From a virus (lineage: Duplodnaviria > Heunggongvirae > Uroviricota > Caudoviricetes): a DNA stretch of 35,572 bases. The position numbers were made by a program, and so were the translations under genes. The notes beneath the pieces are model-generated. The model was not told the origin of the DNA. It did no database searches and saw nothing but the letters and a program-made list of their open reading frames with translations. This document shows positions 15,536 to 24,068 of this stretch, piece by piece (within the stretch, counting starts at the first letter, position 1; each line of letters starts with the position of its first letter). The DNA lies in IMG/VR virus record IMGVR_UViG_3300035698_019136, positions 1 to 35,572 of that record; one strand, 5' to 3'.

Positions 15536-16882
15536 GTGGAATTAACGCAGCACCTTCAGGACTGCATTATACAATTACAGATAGTTGATACAGAATTTCT
15601 CAAGTTTGTTAGATCGGTAGTTGCTCCAGAGTATTTCATGTCTAGGCAAGCTTCGGATATTTGTAGATTGGTATACCAGTATTATGACCAGTATCACAAG
15701 GCTCCGGGTGAGCATTTCTTCAATGAACTGGAACATTACCAGAAGAACAGAAAGATAAAAAAAGAGGAAGTAGAATTATTTGATTTGTATCTGGAAAAAG
15801 TATTTCAAATAGAAAACCCGAACAGTGAATATGTTCTTACTCAGGTTAATGATTTTGTAAAACTATCGAAATACAGAGGTTTCGCAGTGGAGTTTGCTGA
15901 ACTGGTAGCTAAGAAAAAGTTGACAGAATGTGAGTCGCTTATGTATGAGAATTTGAAATCCGGAGTGACAAGGGTGGAGAGGGGAACAAATTATTTCAGG
16001 GACACTGAAAAATTGGTGAAGCGGTTGAAGGAGAATCCATTTCTTATGCAAACTGGTATTCCTGGATTGGACAAACTTATAGGGGGGTTCCCCAGGAGAA
16101 CCAGCACACTGGTAATGGCCCCGGAAAAAGGACGAAAGTCCTGGTTCTTAGTTCATTTAGGAAGTCAAGCAATAATACAGGGATTAAAAGTAGCTCATTT
16201 CACATTTGAGATGAGTGAAGAGAAGGTGATTATCAGATATGACCAGAATCTTTTAGGGCTTCCTAAGTATAAGAAAGGAAAATATACATTAAGATATCTT
16301 GACAAATATGGTATGGAACAGCAAGAGGATAGGGATATTACCCGAAGCATTTATGATATAGAATTTATTCGGCGGAAGAGGAAAGAGCTTAGAAGATTTG
16401 GGGGGGATCTTCAGGTTATAGAACATCCAACAGGGATGTGCACTCCTATGGCAATAGAGAATGATTTGGACAGGTTGGAGACATTCTATAATTATATCCC
16501 TGATGTTCTGATTACAGATTATTCAGGGATTATGAATAGTGATAATAGGATTCCAGAATATAGGCATAAGATAAATGATATTTGTACTATGCTTCGGAAG
16601 ATAGCTACAGAGAGGAATTTAGTTCATATAGATGGGTATCAGGCTTCAAAATTAGGGGGGAAGGCTAAGACAGTGGAGGCTCATCATGCTCAAGAGGATA
16701 AGCGAGTCATTGGAATTGTGGATTTATGTTTAACGCTTTCGAGTTCTGAAGAGGAATGGAAGGATAGGATTTATAGAATCAATATTGCAGCAAGTCGGGA
16801 AGTAGAAGGACGGAAGCAGATTGAGATTGTTTATAATTTAGATATTGGTCAGATGTATTCATACGAGAAGGAGAGGGCATGA
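15536..16882 (+). CDS. dnaB: DnaB/T4 gp41-like SF4 replicative helicase
   Basis: TGIPGLDKLIGG, P-loop APEKGRKS, FTFEMSE, ITDY..IM, H2-H4-like motifs. Confidence 0.85.
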   Translation: MELTQHLQDCIIQLQIVDTEFLKFVRSVVAPEYFMSRQASDICRLVYQYYDQYHKAPGEHFFNELEHYQKNRKIKKEEVELFDLYLEKVFQIENPNSEYVLTQVNDFVKLSKYRGFAVEFAELVAKKKLTECESLMYENLKSGVTRVERGTNYFRDTEKLVKRLKENPFLMQTGIPGLDKLIGGFPRRTSTLVMAPEKGRKSWFLVHLGSQAIIQGLKVAHFTFEMSEEKVIIRYDQNLLGLPKYKKGKYTLRYLDKYGMEQQEDRDITRSIYDIEFIRRKRKELRRFGGDLQVIEHPTGMCTPMAIENDLDRLETFYNYIPDVLITDYSGIMNSDNRIPEYRHKINDICTMLRKIATERNLVHIDGYQASKLGGKAKTVEAHHAQEDKRVIGIVDLCLTLSSSEEEWKDRIYRINIAASREVEGRKQIEIVYNLDIGQMYSYEKERA

Positions 16883-17013
16883 GAGAATTAGAAGAAGATT
16901 TATTAGATGCTATTGTAGAATTTATAGGGGAGGAGGTGATTGACGAACTGAAGAGGTTGGAAAGCAGGATTGAAGATTTAGAACTAGAAATAGTAACTTT
17001 AAGAAGAACTTAG
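16879..17013 (+). CDS. Small acidic coiled-coil protein (44 aa)
   Basis: ATGA overlap with the helicase stop; MRELEEDLL...LESRIEDLELEIVTLRRT*. Confidence 0.6.
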   Translation: MRELEEDLLDAIVEFIGEEVIDELKRLESRIEDLELEIVTLRRT

Positions 17014-17315
17014 AAAACAAAGGGGGGATGATATGAAAAAAACAATTTTAGATGTAGATCGTGATTATGTTAAAATACCATATAAGAGTTATAAAGTAAC
17101 AGGAGATCAGGAAATTCAAATAGATGAAGGTGTATGGTGTCTAGGAGATGCAGAAGGAATAAATATAGGAGTTTCTTGGGGTGAATGGGGTTTCCATAGA
17201 AGAGTGATAGATAGAGAAGAGGTAAAAAGATTAGTGGGGGATTTAACAGAATGGTTAAAAAAATGGGGAGGATTGAGGATTTAGAACTGGAAATAGTAAC
17301 TTTAAGAAGAACTTA
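16966..17315 (+). repeat. 47-bp direct repeat pair (16966-17012, 17269-17315) flanking one gene
   Basis: AGGATTGARGATTTAGAACTRGAAATAGTAACTTTAAGAAGAACTTA, 45/47 identical. Confidence 0.92.
17033..17284 (+). CDS. Hypothetical protein
   Basis: RBS AAAGGGGGG; 83-aa open frame between direct repeats. Confidence 0.7.
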   Translation: MKKTILDVDRDYVKIPYKSYKVTGDQEIQIDEGVWCLGDAEGINIGVSWGEWGFHRRVIDREEVKRLVGDLTEWLKKWGGLRI

Positions 17316-17352
17316 AAAACCGAATATAATTAAAGAAAAAAGGGGGAATGTC

Positions 17353-18183
17353 ATGAATACAATAAATAAAGATGAAAGTATTTTTGTTAAAGGGGATAGC
17401 TTAAAAGTAATGGAGGGAATAGGTGATAAAAGCATAGATATGATATTCACAGGTCCTCCTTATGGAACAACAAAATCTAAGGGGGATAAAAAAATAGATT
17501 TATATAAAATGTGGGAGTCATTCAACAGAATAATTACTGATATTGGGGTTGTTGTGATCCAAGTGATGCAGCCTTTTACAACATTAGTAATGAGTGCTAA
17601 TATGGAAGTTTGTCCACAACTTAAATTTAGATTTGATCGAGTATGGCCGAAAGTTTTAAGATACAAACAAATAGTCAATGTGGGGAATGTGACATCTCCT
17701 TTTCATGCTAATAATAGACCTCTTAATGGACATGAAACATTTCTTATTTTCTATAAGAATTTAGGAGTATATAATCCCCAGATGGAAGATGTAGGTTCTT
17801 CTTATGAAAGAGAATACAAAGAAGCAGAAAGGAATAAAAGTATATACACTGATAATGTCAAGAAAATAGATGTGAGGAGTAAAGGAACTGCACGATTTCC
17901 CACTACTATGATGCCCTTTTATTCTCATAGTAATAGCGGTAGACAACATCCTATGCAAATTCCTATTGAATTAGCTGAGGATTATATTAAGACTTATACT
18001 AACATAGGAGATACAGTATTAGATCCATTTGGGGGGTCAGGCACAACAGCTATTGCATGTATGAATCTTGCTAGAATATACCAATGTATTGAGAAATACA
18101 CAAAGACTTATAATAAGACTGCTGAGCGGCTGAATTGTACATGGGAGGATAAATGGAGGGAAGCAAGGGGTTGTTGCAGTTAA
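17353..18183 (+). CDS. N4-C/N6-A DNA methyltransferase (beta class) with altered catalytic motif (GPPY)
   Basis: GDSL...DMIFTGPPYG (DPPY expected), HPMQIP, VLDPFGGSGTT. Confidence 0.8.
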   Translation: MNTINKDESIFVKGDSLKVMEGIGDKSIDMIFTGPPYGTTKSKGDKKIDLYKMWESFNRIITDIGVVVIQVMQPFTTLVMSANMEVCPQLKFRFDRVWPKVLRYKQIVNVGNVTSPFHANNRPLNGHETFLIFYKNLGVYNPQMEDVGSSYEREYKEAERNKSIYTDNVKKIDVRSKGTARFPTTMMPFYSHSNSGRQHPMQIPIELAEDYIKTYTNIGDTVLDPFGGSGTTAIACMNLARIYQCIEKYTKTYNKTAERLNCTWEDKWREARGCCS

Positions 18184-18224
18184 AAGCATTTAAAATGAGA
18201 AAGAAATAGAAGGGGGAGAGAAAA

Positions 18225-18749
18225 GTGATACCATTCCCAAATAAAAAATATCAAATTATATATGCTGATCCTCCTTGGGATGTTAAACGAGGACCTGAAT
18301 ATAATAGTAATGGACCTTCAAGAATATTAACTTACCCAACAATGAAAATGGAAGAAATAATGAATTTAGCTGTAAGTGATTTAGCAGATAATAATTGTAA
18401 ATTATTTCTTTGGGGTATAAATAAGTATTTATTCCAAACATTTGAAGTGTTGAAGAAATGGGGGTTTAAATATTCAACAATGCTGGTGTGGTGTAAAAAT
18501 CCAAATGGTATTGGTTTAGGGGGGACATTTTCTTTAACTACGGAGTATCTTTTGTTTGGGGTAAAAGGGAGGGTAGGGGCATTTATGAGGCATGACACTA
18601 CATGGTGGTTAGAGAAAAGGGGCAGGCATTCACAAAAACCTGAAAAGTTTCGAGAGGTAATAGAACAAACGTTTCCTAATGATGATAAAATAGAATTATT
18701 TGCCAGACAAAAAACAGAAGGTTGGGATGTATGGGGGGATGAGGTTTAA
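18225..18749 (+). CDS. MT-A70 family N6-adenine methyltransferase, copy 1
   Basis: YQIIYADPPW, LFLW, E.LLFG.KG, HSQKPE, IELFAR...GWDVWG.E. Confidence 0.9.
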   Translation: MIPFPNKKYQIIYADPPWDVKRGPEYNSNGPSRILTYPTMKMEEIMNLAVSDLADNNCKLFLWGINKYLFQTFEVLKKWGFKYSTMLVWCKNPNGIGLGGTFSLTTEYLLFGVKGRVGAFMRHDTTWWLEKRGRHSQKPEKFREVIEQTFPNDDKIELFARQKTEGWDVWGDEV

Positions 18750-20160
18750 CTTCAAAACACTCACTAAAGAAGAAATTGATAGTATATGGGTTAGACAGGA
18801 AGAATTTAAGACAGATCCATATCTCCATCAAAAAATTAGTATTTTTTTTGGATTGGAAAAGGATAGAGCTGGATTTTTCCATGACGTGGGTACAGGGAAG
18901 ACCATAATCTCCTTGTACCTGGCTATCCTGAAAGACTGCAATAGAATATTAATCGTAGCTCCTAATAGTGTGAAAATGAATTGGGCTAAAGAAATTTTTA
19001 AGCATACAAACAAGACTGTAAGAATATTAGATGGCAGTACGGAACATAAGAAAGAATTAATTAAAAGAGATCAGTGGGCAACGATAGTCAATTATGAAAG
19101 TCTTCGATGGATATATATGGGGAAAGATAAGAAGGTAGACAAAAAAATGCTAAAAGAGTATGCAGATTTTGACCTTGTAATATTCGATGAGATTCATAAA
19201 GTAAAAAATTGGAAGGCTCAACAAAGTAAAGTATCTTTAGCATTATCAAAGAAAATAAAACAAGTAATAGGACTGACAGGAACGCCGCTGGGGAATAGTT
19301 TACTGGATTTATTCAATGAAATAAAAATTCTTGACTTGGGAGAGGCATTAGGAAATAGCTTTTTGAGATACAGAAGAGAATTCTTTGACGAGAAGTATGG
19401 ATTCTGGGCTAGTGAATGGACCCCAAAAGAAAATGCAGAAAGAGATATAACGGAACGGTTGAAGGAAATAGTTATCAGATATGAGAAAGAAGAATGCCTG
19501 GATTTACCAGAAAGAGTTTATGAGACTCGTAGTATTCAGATGACCCCTGAGCAAACGAGAATCATAGAAGAACAGGAAATGTTTATAGAAGGATTGGGGA
19601 AGAAGCCTGTGCCAGTGCTGCTCAGTCATATAAAAAAGATTTCTCAGATAACAGGGGGGACGATAAAGGTGGGGGATAGCTTTAGAGTGCTTACTCCAAA
19701 TCCAAAATTAGAAGAACTGCTGAATTTGATTGAGGAGATAGATGGGAAGATAGTTATATTTCATGAGTTCGTGGCTGAGGGAAGAATTATTGCTAGTGCT
19801 TTGAGAAAAAAGAAATACAAAGTATCAGAATTGAGGGGGGAAACTAAGGACAGAAATAAAGAATTATTAAAGTTTCAGAATGATCCTGAAATAAAAGTGA
19901 TGGTAGCTCATCCAGTGACAGGGGGAATTGGGATAGATTTATATCAGGCAAGCACAATGATATTTTACAGTAATGGTTATTCTTATTTACAACGGCATCA
20001 GTGTGAGGGTAGGATTCATAGAGCAGGACAGACTAAGAAATGCCTTTACATAGATTTAATAGCTGAGAAATCTATTGATGAAGATGTTTATGAAGTACTT
20101 ATGAACAAAAAGAACTTGAGTGATAGAATACTAGAAAAATTGAAAGGAGGAAAGTTATGA
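18739..20160 (+). CDS. SNF2-family SF2 helicase/translocase
   Basis: DVGTGKT, IVAP, NYESL, DEIH, LTGTP, GGIGIDL, Q.EGRIHR.GQ; start likely ATG 18739. Confidence 0.92.
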   Translation: MRFNFKTLTKEEIDSIWVRQEEFKTDPYLHQKISIFFGLEKDRAGFFHDVGTGKTIISLYLAILKDCNRILIVAPNSVKMNWAKEIFKHTNKTVRILDGSTEHKKELIKRDQWATIVNYESLRWIYMGKDKKVDKKMLKEYADFDLVIFDEIHKVKNWKAQQSKVSLALSKKIKQVIGLTGTPLGNSLLDLFNEIKILDLGEALGNSFLRYRREFFDEKYGFWASEWTPKENAERDITERLKEIVIRYEKEECLDLPERVYETRSIQMTPEQTRIIEEQEMFIEGLGKKPVPVLLSHIKKISQITGGTIKVGDSFRVLTPNPKLEELLNLIEEIDGKIVIFHEFVAEGRIIASALRKKKYKVSELRGETKDRNKELLKFQNDPEIKVMVAHPVTGGIGIDLYQASTMIFYSNGYSYLQRHQCEGRIHRAGQTKKCLYIDLIAEKSIDEDVYEVLMNKKNLSDRILEKLKGGKL

Positions 20161-20387
20161 GGGAAAATAAAAATTTGTTCAAGGAAATACCAAATAGAAA
20201 ACTTCCAGATGAAATTTTAAATGCTATTGGAATCACAAAGAGTATTGGAGGATATTGGGGTGGCCATATAGTCAATAGCGACAAAAGACCGGGATTGAGG
20301 GATATATTAAAGGTGTATTGGGAGAATGGGTATTTCTATGGAGAGGGAGACACAAAAAGAAATATTAAACAGGCACTAGGATTATAG
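20157..20387 (+). CDS. Hypothetical protein
   Basis: ATGA overlap, RBS AAGGAGG. Confidence 0.65.
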   Translation: MRENKNLFKEIPNRKLPDEILNAIGITKSIGGYWGGHIVNSDKRPGLRDILKVYWENGYFYGEGDTKRNIKQALGL

Positions 20388-20397
20388 GGAGGAAGTT

Positions 20398-20607
20398 ATG
20401 AAAGAACATGATTTAGAGTATATAGCAATTAAAGTAATAGGAATGCCTCATTGGCTATGGTTTAGTAAATCTAAAGTTAGTAGAGCACAAGGAGATTTTG
20501 TAGGAGAAGATGGATGGGGCGAAGGGTGGGCTGCTACTAATATAACGGTACAGGAATCTTGTATAGAGGGGGAAATACATTCAGAAGCATTACAGTATAA
20601 TGATTAA
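20398..20607 (+). CDS. Hypothetical protein
   Basis: RBS GGAGG. Confidence 0.65.
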   Translation: MKEHDLEYIAIKVIGMPHWLWFSKSKVSRAQGDFVGEDGWGEGWAATNITVQESCIEGEIHSEALQYND

Positions 20608-20624
20608 AACAAAAGGAGGATAAG

Positions 20625-20945
20625 ATGAGAATACCAGAAGGGAGTCTTTTTGGACAAGGAGTTAGGGTAAAATTAGCTTTGGGGTTAGAAGACAAGTTAA
20701 ATAGAATTTATTATGCTTATCAGTTATTAGCTGTAAATAATTATAGTGTCCCGGAGACATTTGAGGAATATGTAAAACAGGGGCAACTTAGTAATGTTAT
20801 GGTCACAGAAATTCATGAAGATTATGATTCTCAAGGTGTAAAGTTTGATAGAGAAGAAAGATATCGGGATGAATTTAAAGAGATGAGGGATAAACACCTA
20901 ATAGACTTTACAAAAATGAGAAAGGTAAGAAGGGATTTTTGGTGA
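20625..20945 (+). CDS. Hypothetical protein
   Basis: RBS AAGGAGG. Confidence 0.65.
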   Translation: MRIPEGSLFGQGVRVKLALGLEDKLNRIYYAYQLLAVNNYSVPETFEEYVKQGQLSNVMVTEIHEDYDSQGVKFDREERYRDEFKEMRDKHLIDFTKMRKVRRDFW

Positions 20946-21271
20946 AAAAAAGAACCCAAAGAGCATTATTAGAACTTGAGCATGTCAGAAAAGCAGGAAC
21001 TAAGGAGTGGAGAAAGCTGAGAGCAGATGTATTGAAGTATTGGAAAGTATGTGCTGCTTGTGGGAATAAGAAAGAGTTAGAAGGGCATCATGTATTTCCA
21101 AGATATTTGTTCCCTGAGTTTGCTTTGTGCTGGCTAAATGTAATAATATTATGTGATGATTGCCATTTAAGACTTGGACATTGGGGGAACTATAAGGACT
21201 ATAATCCAGATATAAAAATGCATTGTGAATTACTTACAGCTAGTAGACTATTGCAGGAGGGAGAAAAATGA
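20939..21271 (+). CDS. HNH endonuclease
   Basis: CAACG...LEGHH...N.IILCDDCH...H. Confidence 0.85.
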   Translation: MVKKRTQRALLELEHVRKAGTKEWRKLRADVLKYWKVCAACGNKKELEGHHVFPRYLFPEFALCWLNVIILCDDCHLRLGHWGNYKDYNPDIKMHCELLTASRLLQEGEK

Positions 21272-21804
21272 TCCTATTTCCCAATAAGAAATATCAAATT
21301 ATATATGCTGATCCACCTTGGAGCTATAGAGATAAGGCTCTATCTGGGAATCGTGGGGCTGGATGCAAGTATACTGTACAGTCAAAGGAATGGCTTGACA
21401 ATTTGCCAGTAAAAGACATAGCTGATAAAGATTGTATTTTATTTGTATGGGTAACTATGCCCAAACTAAATGAGTGTTGGGATTTAATTAAAAGGTGGGG
21501 CTTTGAATATAAAACCGTTGGCTTTACATGGGTTAAACGTAATAAAAAAGCACTATCATGGTTTTGGGGTATGGGTAGATGGACAAGGGCAAATGCTGAG
21601 CTTTGTCTATTAGCGACAAAAGGAAAACCAAAAAGAATAAACGCGGGAGTGCATTCGGTGATTGATTCACCAATTAGAAGTCATAGTCAAAAACCAGATG
21701 AAACGAGAGATAGAATAATTGCTCTTGTCGGAGATATTCCAAGAATAGAATTATTTGCAAGAGAAAAGATAGAAGGCTGGGATGTATGGGGGAATGAGGT
21801 ATGA
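21268..21804 (+). CDS. MT-A70 family N6-adenine methyltransferase, copy 2
   Basis: YQIIYADPPWSY, LFVW, FTWVK, TRANAELCLLATKG, HSQKPDE, IELFAR. Confidence 0.9.
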   Translation: MILFPNKKYQIIYADPPWSYRDKALSGNRGAGCKYTVQSKEWLDNLPVKDIADKDCILFVWVTMPKLNECWDLIKRWGFEYKTVGFTWVKRNKKALSWFWGMGRWTRANAELCLLATKGKPKRINAGVHSVIDSPIRSHSQKPDETRDRIIALVGDIPRIELFAREKIEGWDVWGNEV

Positions 21805-22730
21805 GAATTAAAGAGTATTTAGATAGTATAGATATTGAATATGATGAGGAAGGAAAGAATGTTACAGAGGGATGGATAGAGATTGCTTGTCCTTTTCCTG
21901 GATGTGATGATCCTTCAAGACATCTAGGCATTGATTTGGAATCAGGGCGTTTTAATTGTTGGGTATGTGGGGAAACGGGTAATCTAGGAAAATTAATTAG
22001 GACATTAGAGGATATTACATGGGAGGAAGCAAATAAGAAAGCAAACAGTTTAGGGAAAACAATAAATGAAGGAGATATAGTGGATGCTATTACAAAAATA
22101 CTCCAACCAGAAGAAGTAGAGGAAGTGAGATATGAAAAAATAGAATTACCAAAAGAAGCAAAGAAAGTAGAACTTGAAAACATTACTCATTATGCTTTAC
22201 TTTGGAGATATATGCAGAAGAGAAAGATAAGTATAGAGACAGCAGAAAAATATAATCTTCATTATTGTAAAAGAGGATTCTATACTCACAGGCTGATATT
22301 TCCTATTTATAGTGTCTTTGGGGATTTGGTAGGATTTACTTCCAGGGATATGACTGGAAAAGCAAAGGTAAAGTATTTGCATCCAAAAGGATTCCCGATA
22401 AAGAATTATTCATATGGACTTCATTTGTTTGAAGGTAGGAGGATGATTCTGGTAGAGGGTTGTATAGATGCTATAAGGGTAGGGGAAGGAGCTGTAGCAT
22501 TGTTTAATAGTGAGATGTCAATTGTTCAAGAGGATATGATTGTGTTAATGCATAGGATAGGGATGTTTGATGAATTAGTTATAGCTTTAGATAGTGATGC
22601 ATGGGCTAAGGCTGTTTTAATGGGGCAGGAATTGATGGCTTATATAGATAATGTAAGAGTATTAAAATTACCAGAAGGGGAAGATCCAGCAGATTTAGGT
22701 AGGGATAAGTTATTGAATTATATAGGATAA
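21801..22730 (+). CDS. dnaG: DNA primase (Zn finger + TOPRIM)
   Basis: CPFPGC...FNCWVCG; RLIFPI; VEGCIDA; ALDSD; DPAD. Confidence 0.9.
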   Translation: MRIKEYLDSIDIEYDEEGKNVTEGWIEIACPFPGCDDPSRHLGIDLESGRFNCWVCGETGNLGKLIRTLEDITWEEANKKANSLGKTINEGDIVDAITKILQPEEVEEVRYEKIELPKEAKKVELENITHYALLWRYMQKRKISIETAEKYNLHYCKRGFYTHRLIFPIYSVFGDLVGFTSRDMTGKAKVKYLHPKGFPIKNYSYGLHLFEGRRMILVEGCIDAIRVGEGAVALFNSEMSIVQEDMIVLMHRIGMFDELVIALDSDAWAKAVLMGQELMAYIDNVRVLKLPEGEDPADLGRDKLLNYIG

Positions 22731-22757
22731 TTATTTTTAAAAAAATGAAAATAATTC

Positions 22758-22800
22758 TTGACATTAAATAGTGAATTTGATAGAATGAATTATAAGGTGG
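22758..22800 (+). promoter_or_regulatory. Sigma70-type promoter with extended -10 and TATAAGGTGG element
   Basis: TTGACA (22758-63), 17 bp, TAGAAT (22781-86) preceded by TGn; TATAAGGTGG 22791-22800. Confidence 0.8.
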
Positions 22801-22831
22801 TAGGTTAATACAAACAAAGGGGGGTTTTAAA

Positions 22832-23146
22832 ATGGCTGAAGAATTAAGTACCTGTTTTTATTGTAGCAAAAAATATAGCGTGAAGGAAGTGGAAAGAGTA
22901 CTTGGGAATACATTGTGGAAATATACTTATTGTTCAGCACGATGTTATACGAAGGTAGAAGGAGTGAAGGAAAGCAAAATGAAGCTAACTCCAGGAGCAA
23001 AGATAGCAGAGGAAAAGTTGATTCAATTAAGAGAACGATATGAGAGAGCTGCAAAAGAACAAAATCATGTTCAAGCCATTCGTTTAGAGGGAGCTATTGA
23101 TCAAATTGGAATGGTATATGAAAAGTTATTAAGGAATAAACTTTAA
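22832..23146 (+). CDS. Hypothetical protein with N-terminal CxxC...CxxxC (TRASH-like) finger
   Basis: CFYC...YCSARC; RBS AAAGGGGGG. Confidence 0.65.
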   Translation: MAEELSTCFYCSKKYSVKEVERVLGNTLWKYTYCSARCYTKVEGVKESKMKLTPGAKIAEEKLIQLRERYERAAKEQNHVQAIRLEGAIDQIGMVYEKLLRNKL

Positions 23147-23180
23147 TAGGAAGATAAATAAACAAAGGGAGAAAAAGAAG

Positions 23181-23558
23181 ATGGTTGAAAAAGTAATAAG
23201 AGTTGGAGGAACTTGTTTAACATCTGAATGTGATTGTTATATGAGAGAGGGTGGCACTGTAGAAAAATATGGTGAACCACCTTTCCATGAAGGATGTATG
23301 TGTGCATTGGAAGATATAGAAGAGGAGAAAAAGAAGATGGTATATCGCAAAACAGTATTGATGCCTATAGAAGTTTCAGAGGGGGTTTATTGTTGGGGCA
23401 AGACTGATGGTGATGAAGTTACTAGATGTTGTGGGCACTTTGACAATGAGGGAGGGTATCCTAATTGCACCTTAAAACTTTATCCGCTAAAGAGCGATCC
23501 CCAAGGAAGGATTTTAAAACCTGCAGAGTGTTTAAGATTAAAGGAGGAAGAAAAATGA
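23181..23558 (+). CDS. Cys-rich hypothetical protein; apparent in-frame fusion of two small genes (internal RBS + ATG at 23337)
   Basis: GGAGAAAAAGAAGATGGT occurs at both 23168 and 23324. Confidence 0.65.
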   Translation: MVEKVIRVGGTCLTSECDCYMREGGTVEKYGEPPFHEGCMCALEDIEEEKKKMVYRKTVLMPIEVSEGVYCWGKTDGDEVTRCCGHFDNEGGYPNCTLKLYPLKSDPQGRILKPAECLRLKEEEK

Positions 23559-23740
23559 CTTACAGAGAACAGATAAGGGCGGCATCATTAATAAGAGCCC
23601 ATATACAAGCTAATTATACTTCCAAAAGGGCTCAAGAAGCAATAGAATCATTAGCAAAAGATATAGGTGAAGTTTTATACCAGGAGAATGAATTAGTAAA
23701 TAAAAAAGAATTTGAAATGGATTGTGGAGTTATAGAATAA
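23555..23740 (+). CDS. Hypothetical protein
   Basis: ATG 23555 after AAGGAGG, ATGA overlap. Confidence 0.6.
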   Translation: MTYREQIRAASLIRAHIQANYTSKRAQEAIESLAKDIGEVLYQENELVNKKEFEMDCGVIE

Positions 23741-23774
23741 AGATAGAGTTAAATCTTAAACTAGTAAGGAGGTA

Positions 23775-23990
23775 ATGAAAATGGCTAAATTTGAAAGTAG
23801 TTGTACTATAAATTTAGATTCGGCAATAGAGGAGTTAGGGGGGATTTACCAAGTAGTTTTAGATAGTATGGATGAGTCATTTGAGGAGGATGAAATGGTT
23901 GCAGGGGAATTAATGAGTAGTTGTTCTGAGATAGATATGAGTAGAAAAGGTTGGATAGGTTTGGGGAATGGTGGATATTTGAAGCGTTAA
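23775..23990 (+). CDS. Hypothetical acidic protein
   Basis: RBS AAGGAGG. Confidence 0.6.
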   Translation: MKMAKFESSCTINLDSAIEELGGIYQVVLDSMDESFEEDEMVAGELMSSCSEIDMSRKGWIGLGNGGYLKR

Positions 23991-24018
23991 TTTTTAAAGG
24001 GAGTTTTAAAAAAAGTTC

Positions 24019-24064
24019 TTTACTATTTGTTAAAAATACTATATAATAGATATATAGGGTGGAG
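24019..24064 (+). promoter_or_regulatory. Promoter for DNA polymerase with TATAGGGTGG element
   Basis: TTTACT (24019-24), 17 bp, TATAAT (24042-47); 25 bp identical to 26640-26664. Confidence 0.8.
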
Positions 24065-24068
24065 GTAT

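Noticed and set aside
23991-24012. Intrinsic terminators in intergenic gaps (e.g. TTTTTAAA-N6-TTTAAAAA)
   Set aside because: Stems are A/T-only without GC-rich hairpin plus U-tract; no terminator could be supported
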